From Eledone cirrhosa (Eukaryota), in assembly GCA_964016885.1 (NCBI GenBank), contig OZ024740.1, forward strand, positions 280,302,001 to 280,366,000: a stretch of DNA of 64,000 nt, read 5' to 3'. Each line of letters begins with the position of its first letter. Position 1 is the stretch's first letter. Shown here piece by piece: positions 1 through 13,054 of the stretch. A program made the position numbers and the translations under genes. Below the pieces are notes generated by a model that worked only from the letters and a program-made list of their open reading frames with translations, was not told the DNA's origin and searched no databases.

Positions 1-122
1 ATTGCTGAGGAAAATTTCAGTCATTCTTCCTGTCTTTTATTTTGCTTTCTCTCTCAATTTCCGTCTGACAATCTAACCCACTTGCACTGCACAGCTTTCT
101 AAACAAATAAATGGACTTTTCA

Positions 123-156
<34 letters not shown>

Positions 157-161
<5 letters not shown>

Positions 162-886
162 GAAAGACGTAAAATAAGAAAATTATAAAGTAAGTAAGTA
201 AATTTTTATAATTTTCTTATTTTACGTCTTTCATATAATTGTTCTGCATCCCCTTGCATTGAACCACAAAGTTACTAAGACAAAACCTATATATTTGCAA
301 GTATAGGTATGCATCTGTATATATATGTTGGTAGATATACTAATTCTTTATAATTATCTCCAAATTATTTTGTTGAGCAAAAATTTGCCAAAAGTACTGC
401 TATGGTTCATAGTAATAGCCAGGCTACTGTCTTATTAGCACGCTACTCCTCACTGATTGACCTCGATGTCACGTGATTGGTTCTTTTGAATTTGCCACCG
501 ACCAAGTAGGCAGTGATTTTTTCAATGTCCTGGAATTTAGTCCTCGCTTGCTTTTTTCCATCCATTGAATTATTTTTGTATAAGTTCCCTGTGTCCACGC
601 ATTGCCTGGGAACTTAGCTGAGAACAGATCTCCCTGATGACCAAAGGAAATTTCTCCATGTTGTTCCAATCGGAAACCATGTTTATTCCCTTTCAGAAAC
701 TAATTAGTTGGAGTGAAATTTTAGTAAGTAAGTAAATTTTTATAATTTTCTTATTTTACGTCTTTCATATAATTGTTCTGCATCCCCTTGCATTGAACCA
801 CAAAGTTACTAAGACAAAACCTATATATTTGCTAGCATAGGTATGTATCTGTATATATATGTTGGTAGATATACTAATTCTTTATA
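157..886. repeat. ORF-less unit: ~163-bp direct repeats (189-351, 723-886) plus a 33-bp inverted copy (157-189 vs 204-236); pLTR-like
   Basis: agtaagtaagtaaattttt...ctaattctttata occurs twice; tatatgaaagacgtaaaataagaaaattataaa is the reverse complement of 204-236; (TA)n on both flanks. Confidence 0.75.
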
Positions 887-1127
887 TATATATATATATA
901 TATGTTTGTATATATATAGGGGATGTGTAAGAAAAAAATGTCGTTATGATTTTTACTTAAACATCCCATATATTATTAAATATACAGTACGTGCATTCAT
1001 ATGTATGTCGCTATGTCGGAGCACCAATACAAGTATATCAGCGACTTTTAGACACAGTCGACTAATGAAACAATTGTTAATACTTTAAATAAATCCTATT
1101 GTACAGCCGAACATGTTATTCTTCATT

Positions 1128-1214
<87 letters not shown>

Positions 1215-1216
<2 letters not shown>

Positions 1217-2047
1217 GATAAGTTTGAGCTAATCTACTTTGGAAAAAAGGATGCCCTGAAACTACCATACTCTTTTCCTTCAGGTGATCCAACAACATCA
1301 GAGACCTGGGAGTAATTGTGGACAACAACATAAGCTGGGCCACTCATATAAACAGCAAAGTTGATATGGCCCGCAGAATGTGTTCCTGGATTCTCAGAAC
1401 CTTCCAGTCGAGAGATATCCACACTGTTATCCTTCTCTTCTCCACCTTTACCCGACCCCACCTTGAATACTATTGTCCATTGTGGTCTCCCCACACGAAT
1501 TTATGAAAGTTGAAGCACCCCAAAGATCAATTACAAACAAGATAGATGGCATAACAGGCCTTGACTATTGGAGTCGATTAGAAAAGCTCAACCTTTATTC
1601 TCTCCAACGTCTCCGTGAGTGCTACATTATCTGCATGATGTGGAAAATATTCCATTAGCTTTTCCCAAATGATGTTGGCATCATCTTTAATGTACACCCA
1701 AGGCTTGGGCCCCGTGCTATCTGCCCACGACAAAAATCTCACTCGCATCTCATAACAACAATACGGCACAATTATTTCACTTTAATTGGCCTCGCTCTCT
1801 TTAACATTACACCAAAACACATTAAAATAGTAACAGACCCCATCAAGTTCAAGAAGTCTTTGGACAAATTCCTTCAAGAAATCCCGGATAAGCCTCCTAC
1901 ACCCTGATATGCCTCGGTAAACAATAACTCTCTACTTGAATGGGCCATGGTGCCCAAATCCTGATTTGAAAGTCTTTGCCAGGTGGTGCTATTAAGTTAG
2001 ACATGGCCTGGGCCAATACTAGCCGAAACCCATCAAAGTTATCAAAG

Positions 2048-2050
<3 letters not shown>
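1215..2050 (+). mobile_element. CR1/L2-group LINE, 5'-truncated RT C-terminus and 3' tail, decayed
   Basis: RDLGVIVDNNISWATHINSKV...WILRTF...FTRPHLEYYCPLWSPH and LDYWSRLEKLNLYSLQRLRE across frameshifts; atcaaagtt tandem tail before (TA)n. Confidence 0.85.
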
Positions 2051-2098
<48 letters not shown>

Positions 2099-2644
2099 CT
2101 GTGTCCCTGTATGTCTTTATGTCCCGCAACTTAGCAGTTCGACAACAAAAGACCGATAAGAGAAGTTTCAAATATGATCAAATACCTACTGGAGTTGCTT
2201 CAATATTGTACAAATCGTTTCACGCTATCGCCGCTTCATTGTTATACATAACAAAGATAAAGAAAATCAAGTAGTAGAGATAAACTATTTCAAAGTACTT
2301 AGCCACCTACATTTCAGCTACTATCAAGGATAATAACTGAAATCAAGGTTGATAAGTATTTTGGCTGATAAGGACTGTTTGAAATCATTTTGTTTGTGAA
2401 AACTGAAATATCTTGAATTCCAATCATTCTTTTTCTTTTTGACCCACCCAAATTGTTTCTCCCTCTTACTGTTTTGCCCTATGGCATTCCTTATCAGGAA
2501 AACAATCTACAATAATTTCTAGGTAATCTTATAGACAGGATATAACATCTTCAGGATAAAAGGGAAAAGCAACCTATACTTGTCTTTGTAATATATAATC
2601 GTAGATTTTATATACATGCAATATGGCTCGGTTTTTGAATTAAA

Positions 2645-2790
2645 TATCAGTCCATGACAGTCTTCCGCAGTTTCCATCTATATAATTTCTCTCATGAATC
2701 TAGGGCCGACTCGAGGCTATGGTGAAAATCATTTGCCAAAGATGCCACGCACTGGGATCAAATTGGGCAAATCATAGTTGCAATGTCAAT
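2645..2790 (-). mobile_element. Diverged tRNA-derived SINE remnant
   Basis: Similar to 48990-49150 (atttgccaaagatgccacgcactgggatcaaa vs acttgcacaagatgcattgcagtggattcgaa). Confidence 0.5.
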
Positions 2791-3302
2791 CTTTCTATCA
2801 TTCGACCATGCATGCGCCCATGCATATGTATGCATGTATGTGTGTGTGTGTGTTTGTGTGTGTGTCTTTGTTTGTGTGTGTGTGTGTTTGTGTGTGTTTG
2901 TGCGTGTGTGTGTGAGTGTGTGTGTGTGTGTTTGTGTGTTAGTGTTTGTGAAGAATGTCGGCAATGTTTAAATATTGTGTGAAGGCATTACTCTTTGTGT
3001 GAAGGCATTACTCTTTCCCACATACACACACTTATGTATTTATATATCTGTACATCTTCACACACCCTGTAACCCAACTGCAATATATTTCGTATTGAAT
3101 GTGTGTGTCCCTGTGACAAATAATGTAAAAGAATTATTGTTAAGGCAATAGACTGGCAATGACAGTGACGCATTAAGGCTAGAGTAAAGCAATGTATTAT
3201 TTTCAATGTTGAGATTTTTTTTCTGCCACGTTTGTTTATTGTTTAGTCACAACTTTAACATTTTCCTTCTCAATTGTCGAGACGAATTATATTTTACATA
3301 AT

Positions 3303-3427
<125 letters not shown>

Positions 3428-4914
3428 ATATATACATTATAAAAAGACACATGTTTATAGAAGATCGTGAAGTTTTTTTTATCACCCATACTTCTTATTT
3501 TATCGCATTTAAAAAAACTAAAATTATTTTTAAAATACAGCAAAGAAGTGAAACATTCAATCCGCGAGAAGAGCCGCAGAGAAAACAATCCAGTGTTTTT
3601 GGATTAAAAGGGCTGATCCATGTGTGGCCACTGCTGAGACACATATCGGGGTCTGATCAAACCTGACTGAGTCACCTGAATAAAGATTTATGATGTTGAA
3701 AGTCCTAAAATATCTAATGGATCCAGGTCATATCACTAATAATGTGTCCCAGCTCATCTATGAAAATGTATCTTGCAAAGACTTCGAAGCATTTCATTTT
3801 AATCAAGATTACAAGGTTATTTGAATAAATTTAATTTCTCGTGTTTGACGTTGTTTATAAGGCATTTAAATACAATTAAGCTACTTCTAATAGGTTATGA
3901 TGAAAGATTCATGTTTAACATTACTATGTTGCAAATTACAGACAGTTTGATAGAATACTCACTAGATTGTCTTCGATAAAACTGGCCTTATTTGTATTTT
4001 GCTTCAAAATCTAATTTTAATACATAATTTCCCAAGATAATGAACAACAGAATTGTATATATTTCGAACTGTATGAACGGTTTTTCGCCAAGAAAAATAT
4101 GCATCGCGATATATATAAATAACCAAATGTGAATGTGTCAGCAGTTTGGAAGTATATTTGTATTCTTCAGCAGGTGTGCTAATTATTATTTATATGATAT
4201 TTTGTGAATGACAAATTATTATTGAAACGTTAGATAGGTGACAACCGATATATTTAGAGAGAATTCGCCTTTTCTCTTTTATCTACCTTTATTATCTATT
4301 TGTTGATTTAATCTGGTTGTTGATATGAAATTTTAGTTTGTGATCTTTTTTGGTGAAATTATTTTAATTTCAAGAAAGGTTTCTTTCCATGTTTTCTTAA
4401 TTTTAAGGTATTTGTAGTTAAATGACAGATTTTTCTTAAGGTTAACTTGATACCATTACTTATGTCAAAGCAAATGAATGTTTCTCCCAGAACAATCCCT
4501 GTTTTCCCATTGATGTTTGTTGTTTTGTGAAGTTAAATATATTTTATAATTTTTTTTTTACAATTGGCAAGAAGTTAAAATTAATCTTATATTTAAAAAA
4601 TATATTTTAGAATTCATCCAACACATTCAAATCTGATACTAACAGAGGTGCTGTCTCCTCTCTCTCCCTGTCTTTTTACCAAGCAAACTATCTCATGAGG
4701 GATATTACGCTCGCTGGTTATAGCGATCTAGTAGAGCCTGCGTTTACCACGCCATAGCCACTTCCTTTATACAAAACCTACAAAACATATCTTAACCGTT
4801 ATATTAAACATTAACTGTTATGTTAAATTCCCAAAATGTGACACAGTAAACTTAAATAGGTGGTCAAAATAAAATCTAATAAGATAACGAAACGAGTCGA
4901 ACATTAAAAATATC

Positions 4915-5135
4915 ACAGCTCCGATACTACGGGCATGCGGTTAGAATGTTGCAGGAAAGAATCGTTGGACAGATTTTACGGGCAAAACCAACTGGCAGGA
5001 GACCCAGGTGTAGACCCCTTGTAAGATGGTTGGATAACATCCAAATGTTTGGCTGGTCTCGCTTGGGGATCCAGCCGGATCAATTGGATAAAGTTGCTTC
5101 TGACAAGACCCGCTGGAAAGTGTGTTTTAGGACTC
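4915..5135 (+). mobile_element. RTE-clade LINE 3' fragment
   Basis: RYYGHAVRMLQERIVGQILRAKPTGRRPRCRPLVRWLDNI; paralogous to 16215-16440. Confidence 0.8.
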
Positions 5136-5602
5136 TTCAATCAAGAGCACGCTCATCGTTTTTTGAGGGAGGACGTTCGGTGAAAGCGACCGGATCAGTG
5201 GAGCGCGAAGAATTGGATTCTTCACGGCGATAATGTCCCTGTTGCGAAGCTCTCCTCACGCGTGAGCTTCTCACCCCAAACAACATTGTATCATTTCTGT
5301 ACCCGCCCTATTCGCCAGATTTAGCACCTGCGGGCTTCCTTCTCTTCTCCAAGCTGAAAATGCAGCTCAAAGGTCGCCGTTTTAACACAGTTGCTGAGAT
5401 GCAGAGCGAATCGCAGAAGGTCCTCGACTCACATACGGAAAAAGACTTCCAGGCCAGATTCCAAAGTGGCAGGAATATTGTGACCGGTGTATTGCTGCGC
5501 AAGCTGGCTATTTCGTAGGAGATGATGTTAAAACTTAGGTAAATATATTAGTTTTTTTTTTTAAACATAACTAGTCTGGGAACTTTTTGATACCACCTCG
5601 TA
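5135..5602 (+). mobile_element. mariner transposase C-terminal remnant with right TIR
   Basis: YPPYSPDLAPAGFLLFSKLKMQLKGRRF (mariner YSPDLAP motif) at ~5300-5400; ends gaactttttgataccacctcg-TA. Confidence 0.85.
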
Positions 5603-6109
5603 TATATGTATGTGTGTGAGTGAGTGCATGCATATATTTCTCAGTGAATACATCTGTTAACATCAATAGAATTAAATTTTGATATGTATGTTTCCTTTGT
5701 TATATCTATCTTCACAGAAAGAACGTTATATATATGCCGACGCCCTCTCTGAACGATTAAAGTGTCGAAATCATTTCTTTATTGAAATAATCCTACTTCA
5801 CATTTACTAAAAAAACGCTAGCGTTTTCAACATTCTTCTTATTGCACATAGTTTGGAGATATGAAGATTTTGGCGATATCCTTTCATTAAGAAAAACAAA
5901 TATTCCGTCAGAAGAATTTATATTGAACTTACTTTTACGAGAGATATGAAAAAGAATTCTTTTTAGATAAAAGTGATGAAAAGAACAATTATTTGAGATA
6001 AGATACCTCATTTATATTAATTTGCGTTTTCGTAATTACTTTCCATTCTTTTATAGAGTAGATAGTGTTGTTTAAATTTTACTGAATCTGTTTCTTAAAA
6101 ATAATACTC

Positions 6110-6760
6110 ACCACGCAAATGTGGGAGCCGATGTCTGACAGGGTCTGAGATGTCGCTTGTGGTAGGCCCCTTGACTGCACAGGCCTCCATCATTTGTCTT
6201 ACGGCCTGAATGCTGGTCACTTTTCCCGCCACACCGAGCTAATACTGATCATCAAGCGGGTATATATCTCCCGAATTTTGGAGACGGCTGTATTATCTAG
6301 AATTGAGAGGAAGAGACTAGATGGTCTTACCCTTTGTCCCTGGGTAAGTGGTACATGCCTGTGGAGTTCGAGATGTTTGGTGGAGCTGAGCCACTGACAG
6401 TGAAGTTCTTGTCATCGTTAGCGGCCGCCTTACCGAGGTGTCAGGTGATGACCGTGGGGGTGCCCTGGTTGTTTCAGAGCTTTAACCTCGCGGTAATGCT
6501 GCGAGAGTGTTGGCTTGCCTAAAAACATTCCGTTAATCCTTGTGGCGTGCGGCCGATTGTCGCACTTGTTGGTGAACTGATGGTTTTTCTTTCTCTCGCT
6601 TTGATCATATGTTTTTACGTATTATATTTGTGAGGTCCCGAGCAATAATTAAATGTATTTATTATGTGTTTATATTTGTGTACATAGTTCATTCTGTAAG
6701 AATTATAAACAATTTATAATATATAAATAATACAACTGTGAATAAAATTTTAAGACACTT
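6110..6760 (+). mobile_element. CRE-like non-LTR retrotransposon, RLE-domain/3' fragment
   Basis: KRLDGLTLCPWVSGTCLW, matching the RPDG..PW..G.LVWD motif also seen at 15100-15620 and 62140-62210. Confidence 0.7.
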
Positions 6761-6769
6761 TAAAAAATA

Positions 6770-6900
6770 TATGTATGGTCTCATAACTCCTGATACAGTC
6801 GTTGGTGCGCCGTATTGACATACGGAGTTTCTTGGGTATCTTAAACCTGGCGAAGCCCATCCCTTTCCAGGCCTAAGTACAGCAGATTTCTTCCAGAGAA
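6770..6900. repeat. Unclassified dispersed repeat, second copy at ~12170-12300
   Basis: ggtctcataactcctgat...tttcttgggtat...acagcagatttcttcca shared by both loci. Confidence 0.6.
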
Positions 6901-7089
6901 TATATATATATATATATATATAGTAGGTGAAACAATTGTTCTCGGTATGGTGAACTAACTGTTGTGTTACTACTTCTACCAAACTCGTCCCATGGACTGA
7001 GTGCTCTACCACTACGGATATTACCTTCCAGTGTTCTACCTATCACTCTCTCTCTCCCTCTCTTTCTCCCCCTCCCCCTCTCTCTCCCC

Positions 7090-7140
<51 letters not shown>

Positions 7141-7239
7141 TAGATAGATAGAAACATTTCAATATACATACAAACTTTCTTTAACAGAGTCCAAGTAATG
7201 AGAAAGAAGCAAGGACGGGACCAACCTTGAGTTGGTCAA

Positions 7240-7545
7240 AATATATGTACATACATAGTAGAAATCAGCTGCCCAGCAGATGTCAATATAAGGCTAGAGA
7301 TTAGCAAAACGGAGAACATTTATGCTGAACTAACGAGGAATCTGCAGATATTCCATCCTGACTATACCTTTAGATTTGTACCTGTGATCATCAGGGCTCT
7401 TTGATATGTTAATAACTGCCTCAGAAAAAATCTAAAGAAGCTGAGTGTCACACAACCAGAAAAAGTACGTCCAGTTAGGAAATTGCAAGTACAATCCATT
7501 AATCGAACTAAACATATGTAAAACATTTCAGAAATTCAGTATGTA
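7240..7545 (+). mobile_element. R4/Dong/NeSL-like RLE LINE 3' fragment
   Basis: VEISCPADVNIRLEISKTENIYAELTRNLQIFHPDYTFRFVPVIIRAL, a PD-(D/E)xK endonuclease tail. Confidence 0.65.
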
Positions 7546-7610
7546 ATAACTGCATACACGCACGTGTACACATACACATATAACACAAAACATAAGTTCA
7601 AACAAGCAAA

Positions 7611-7665
<55 letters not shown>

Positions 7666-7774
7666 ACACACACACACACACATGTATATTTATCTAGTTG
7701 GTGTTGTCTAAATTCTAATGAAATAGTCTGGTTTCTACGCTAGAAACCAGCTCTCGGTTGGTGAAAATTTATAA

Positions 7775-8410
7775 AATATTGATTTCTATTATAGGCACAA
7801 GGCCAGCAATTTCTTGGGGGGAGGGCAAAGTCGATTGAATCAAACCAAGTACATTACTGGTACTTTATTTTATCGACCCCGTAAGGAGGAAAGGCAAAGT
7901 TAACCTCGGCAGGATTTGAACTCAGACCATAAAGGGCCGTAACTCCATACTGCAAAGCATGGTGTCCGACTCTCCACCGATACTACCAATCCACCGCCGT
8001 TAGAGCCGTATAAAATAATTGTTTCTACTTTTTGGCACAAGGCCAGCAATTATTCCAGTGTATTACTGGTACTTTATTTTATCGACCCCCGTAAGGATGA
8101 AAGGCAAAGTTAACCTCGGCGGGATTTGAACTCAGACCGTAAAGGGTCGTAACTCTTTGCTGCAAAGCATAGCGTCCGACCTTCTACCGATACTGCCAAT
8201 CCAGAGCCGTATAAAATAATAAAACCAGGGAATGAGTATAGTCGATTATATCGATTTCAATATTTGATTGGTATTTCATTTTATCGACCTAGAAGGATGA
8301 CAGGCAAAGATGATCTCGTTGGGATTTGAACTCAAAGAGTAAAACACTGGAACAACTCCCACTAAGCATTTGAATAACGCGATAATGACTCTGCCAATCC
8401 ATCGCTCTTA
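7775..8410 (-). mobile_element. Tandem/nested cluster of three tRNA-derived octopod-type SINEs
   Basis: Repeated ggtactttattttatcgaccccgtaaggatgaaaggcaaagttaacctcggcgggatttgaactcag core (B box GAGTTCAAATCC on minus); duplicated agagccgtataaaataat at ~8002 and ~8202. Confidence 0.9.
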
Positions 8411-8469
8411 TTACAATAGTTTCTTTGGGGGTAAGCTGAAAAGTTCATAGGCTGACTATCTAATATATA

Positions 8470-8655
8470 ATTGTTTCTACTTTAGGCACAAGGCCAACAA
8501 TTACCCAGTACATTACTGGTACTTTATTTTATCGACCCCGTAAGGATGAAAGGCAAAGTCAACCTCGGCGGGATTTGAACTCAGATCGTAAAGGGACGTA
8601 ACTATGCTGGAAAGCATGGTGTCTGACCCTCTACCGATACTGCCAATCCACCGCC
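8470..8655 (-). mobile_element. Young SINE with TSD
   Basis: Full family consensus; ctatctaatatataat on both sides. Confidence 0.9.
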
Positions 8656-9009
8656 TATCTAATATATAATGATTGGAGGACTGCGGGGCTGTGTCAGAGA
8701 TATTTTTTTCTGAACACGTTATTAAAATAAGTTGGATTACTTTGAATAAATCATGAATGAATATTATGTAATTTATCTACTAAATTTCGTAGTTCTTGAT
8801 TAAACATACATATTCTTATATATAAGTAATGTATAGCTTATTTTAAGATTCACTTCTTTCTGGTTAGCGTCCGTTATATCATAACACATACGCTATATCA
8901 CATCGCTTACATAAACGTTCATATATTTGCATCATAACGTTTATATTTCCCTCGCTAATTTTTTTCCTTTTTCCTTTTCATAACATTTTTCCGTAATGCA
9001 GTTTATATA

Positions 9010-9199
9010 TAATTGTTTCTACTTTTGGCACAAGGCCAGCAATTACCCAGTGCATTACTGGTACTTTATTTTAGCGACCTCGTAAGGATGAAAGGCAAAG
9101 TTAACCTCGGCGGGATTTGAACTCAGAATGGCAAGGGCCGTAACTCTATGCGTCAAAACATGGCGTCCGACCCTCTACCGATACTGTTAATCCACCGCC
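9010..9199 (-). mobile_element. Young SINE with TSD
   Basis: Full family consensus; agtttatatataat on both sides. Confidence 0.9.
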
Positions 9200-9599
9200 T
9201 GTGGAGTTTATATATAATATCATCTTTTTTAAATGTATCATGGATTACTTTACTGATTACAGCAGATAGTGTAACACAGTCTCTCTTCAATTTCTGTGTA
9301 TATTGTCAATTACGATATTATTTGACGTATCATATCTACATGCATATATGTTTGCGTATAATATCAATATACACACTACACACGCTAGCAGAAAACCATC
9401 CGAAGGGTGGTTTTCTGCTAGTGAAGGAATAATGATAGACATAACCAATAGCAAGAATACATACTTTTGTGTGAGGATGTAAATATACACACATTCATAC
9501 ACACATTCATTCATCTACATGTGTAGGAACGATCGACTTTCGTCAAATCGGACCGAGGAAACAATGTTTCCGTTGGTCTTTCCAATTGCTAATACTATC

Positions 9600-9740
9600 T
9601 ATCGGTCGCAACTCCAGGTAGAAGGAGCAACGTGAAATAAAGTGTCTTGCTCAAGGACATAACGCATCGCCTGTTCCAGGAATCGAACTCACAACCTTAC
9701 GATTGCGAATCCAATTCTCTAACCACTCAGCCACACGCCT
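9600..9740 (-). mobile_element. Second tRNA-derived SINE family (CORE-like)
   Basis: ggagcaacgtgaaataaagtgtcttgctcaaggac...aaccactcagccacacgcct; reverse complement matches 11255-11400. Confidence 0.8.
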
Positions 9741-10250
9741 TCACAATTATACATATTACATACACGCGTGCGTAGGTGCATACATACATGCATACATACA
9801 TACACACACGCATACATACATACATACATACAAACATACATACATACATTCAAACATGAATACATATATACATGCCTATATACATACATACACACACACA
9901 CACACACATACATTCAAACACACATGCATACATACATTCAAACATACATACAAACATACATATATACATACATATATACATACATGCACACAAGTATTGC
10001 GTAGTTGATGTTCTCTAAATTCCATTGAAAGAATTTTGTAAATAAAGATGAAGGGCTACTCTCTCTCTCTCTCTCTCTCTCCCTCTTGCTCTCTCTCTCT
10101 CTCCCCACACACTCTCTCTCTCTATATTTCTATCTCTTTCCCTCTCTCTGTTACTATCTATTCATCTGTCTCTCACGCCGCATCTGTCTTTCTATCTATC
10201 TTTCTTTTCACCCCCCCCCCTCTCTCTAACAGAGGAATTACAATAGTTTC

Positions 10251-10455
10251 TACGAGGATAAACTTAAAATTTCGTAGTCTGACTATGAAGGAGTGCTATT
10301 AGAGCTGTGACATCTTGCATGCATTAATTTCAACTCTTCTTCTTAATAACTGCAGTTTTTTTCCAGGAGCCATTTTGTAAAAAAAAATAAACCTCATTTG
10401 GTCATTCCATGAGAATATCTTGGTCAGACTATAAGCCTTTCAGTCGACCCGTGTA
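10251..10455. mobile_element. ~205-bp mariner-type MITE, single-unit form
   Basis: TA-flanked imperfect TIRs tacgagg...gtctgac / gtcagac...gacccgtgta; interior is the reverse complement of the 143-bp unit at 26132-27421. Confidence 0.8.
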
Positions 10456-10961
10456 ATTTAGGTACAACAGCCTTCATATATTAACACACATATGCACATG
10501 CACATGTATGCGTATGTTATTGCGTATGTTGGATAGTCAAGTATTTAATGATGGGTTAGGTCGTAATTATGTATACAGAGACACGTCGATTAGAACACTT
10601 TTATTTCCAAATGTGTGTAATTAGATAATATACTGTTAACTGCGAGAAGTGTGGACTTTGATATGTCGTTCTGATAATTAATGACTTACTTATGTATGTA
10701 TGTATGTATGTATGTATGTATGTATGTATGTATGTATGTATGTATGTATGTATGTATGTATGTATGCATGTAAGCATGTTTGTATGTATGTATGTGCGTG
10801 TATGTATGTCTGTATGTATGTATGTATGCATGTAAGCATGTTTGTATGTATGTATGTATGTGCGTGTAAGTATGTTTGTATGTATGTATGTATGTATGTA
10901 TGTATGTATGTATGCATGTAAGCATGTTTGTATTATGTATGTAATCATGTATGTATGCATG

Positions 10962-11024
<63 letters not shown>

Positions 11025-11254
11025 GTGCGTGTATGTATGTATGTATATGTATGTAAGCATGTATGTATGTATGGTATTTATCTAATTTTTTAGCAGAATT
11101 CAAACCGGTTACTGATAAGACTTCTTTGCTTGTGTCAAGAGTTATCCGCATTTGTGAATATTTGAATAAGAGTGGATGTATTTGCACTCATTTACTGGGT
11201 GTGCATATCAATTTACTACACGAGTGCATAATTATTAATGTACATTTGTGTATA

Positions 11255-11595
11255 GTGAAGCGCGTGCTTTGTAGTTAGGACATTGGGTTCACAATCATGA
11301 GGTTGTGTGTTCGATTACCGTACCGGGCGCTGCATTGCGTTGCGTCCTTGAGCAAGACACTTTATTTCACGTTGCTCCAGTCCACTCAGCTGAAAGAATG
11401 AGTTGCGACATCTCTGATGCCAAACTGTATCAATCTTTGCCTTTCTCTTGGACAACATCGGTTACATAGACAGGAGAGACTGGTATACATGGGCAACAGT
11501 TGGTCTTCCACAAAAACACCTTTCCCAGGGTTGTGTTTCGGAAGGAAACTTTCAAGGTGCAAAATTCATGGTTATTCATGACCGAAGAGAGTCTT
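11255..11595 (+). mobile_element. tRNA-derived CORE-like SINE
   Basis: B-box-like gttcgattacc, then gtccttgagcaagacactttatttcacgttgctcc. Confidence 0.75.
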
Positions 11596-11619
11596 TTTTT
11601 CTTTTATATGTGTGTATAT

Positions 11620-12060
11620 TCTGTGTTCTTTCCTGGAAACTAACATGGAGAATCTTTGGAAAAAAAAAAAAAATCTTCTCTGTAAGACTATTTGCCTTCT
11701 CCCTTCTTAGAAATCCGAGGTTACATAATCCAGTACCTCTATAATAGCCATGATACATGAGATATAGGTTTCATATTAAGTCATCATTTATGTTCTCTTT
11801 ATCCACAACTTTAGAAGAGGTGTTCAAATTCACCGAGCAGCTTGCTTCTATAATCGAGTATGGCTTTTGTTTCCTGCCCCACAGAACAATATCAGGTCTG
11901 TGGTATTCTTGCCTAATTGCTGTTCTATTGGACTTTCCCACTAGTATACTTTATTTCTTAAAGAAGGGAATACATTCTGATTCCTATGTTAGTACACAGC
12001 GAATGATGTTGTACACAATCCCGGCAACAATATCATGTCACTCAGGAAGGTAAGGAACTT
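11620..12060 (-). mobile_element. R4/Dong/NeSL-like RLE LINE fragment
   Basis: Minus strand HRPDIVLWGRKQKPYSIIEASCSVNLNTSSKVVDKENI; related to 7240-7545. Confidence 0.65.
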
Positions 12061-12333
12061 GTGGATATTTTTTCTGGATAGCTTATGATGATGTGAGTAA
12101 ATATTCATTGTTCGAATGGCACAATCAACATTTACTGTAAAAACGTAGAAGTTTGGAGACATGATGATATGATTTGGTCCCGTAACTCCTGATGGAATCG
12201 CAGGGGCGTCGTAGTGGCATGCAGCGTTTCTTGGGTATTTTATGCCTAGCAGAGCCCAACCATCTCCAGTTCTGAAGACAGCAGATTTCTTCCAAAGAAG
12301 GATAGAAAGTCACGTGAGCGAGCGAGAGAGACA

Positions 12334-12379
<46 letters not shown>

Positions 12380-12409
12380 AAGTGAGAAAGAGAGATCGTG
12401 GAAGAATCG

Positions 12410-12565
12410 TCCCCAGTACTAGACTGGTACTTTTTTTATCGACCTTAAATGGATGAAAAGCAAAGTCGACCATGGTGGGATTTGAACTCAGAGAGCAGAG
12501 ATCTGGAGCGAATACACCAAAGCATTCTAACTGACGTTCTAACGACTCTGCCAAACCGTCGCCAG
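12410..12565 (-). mobile_element. Older SINE copy
   Basis: ggtacttttttatcgacc...ggatgaaaagcaaagtcgacc...gatttgaactcag. Confidence 0.85.
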
Positions 12566-12965
12566 CTTTGAGATATATTTATGGCGTTTCATTTTGAAAT
12601 TCTACGACGCTTTAACATTTTGATATTTAAAATGTTTTAAGTGTTATTTAAACTTTAAATAAACAAAAACTATACTTTAAATTTTAAAGTATAGTTTTTG
12701 TTTCAGAATTCAATTGCGTAATAAAAAATTCAAGTGACTTTTATAGTTATGAAACGGAAAAGGAAGGGAAAGGCAAGGGCTCTAGGGTTTCAGAAGAATG
12801 GGAGGTGATGGGCTCTAGGCCTAGGGCGCGGCGGTATTGGCTTTTAATGTTCAGGTATTTAGCAACTATTCCTTGTTTCTGAATAGCAAAGGTTTATTCT
12901 TCTAGGCTGGATGCAATATATCTCTATAAGTACAGCAGGGCCTACTCCTCAATGTCGTAAAAAAA

Positions 12966-13000
<35 letters not shown>

Positions 13001-13014
13001 TGTATGTATGTATG

Positions 13015-13045
<31 letters not shown>

Positions 13046-13054
13046 GTACGTATG

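Larger units (their letters stand above)
8459..9421 (+). mobile_element. Non-autonomous Helitron carrying two SINE insertions, inserted into a mariner-MITE end
   Basis: A|TC start and hairpin-CTAG|T end; removal rejoins ggctgacta|tgaagga, as in the MITE at 10251-10455. Confidence 0.85.

Noticed and set aside
628-660. CTGATGA-CCAAAG-GAAA-TTTC hammerhead-like string
   Set aside because: No stem I pairing and only a 1-bp stem II.
7712-7775. CTAATGA...hairpin...GAAA motif after the R4-like fragment
   Set aside because: Core mismatch and unconvincing stems I and III.
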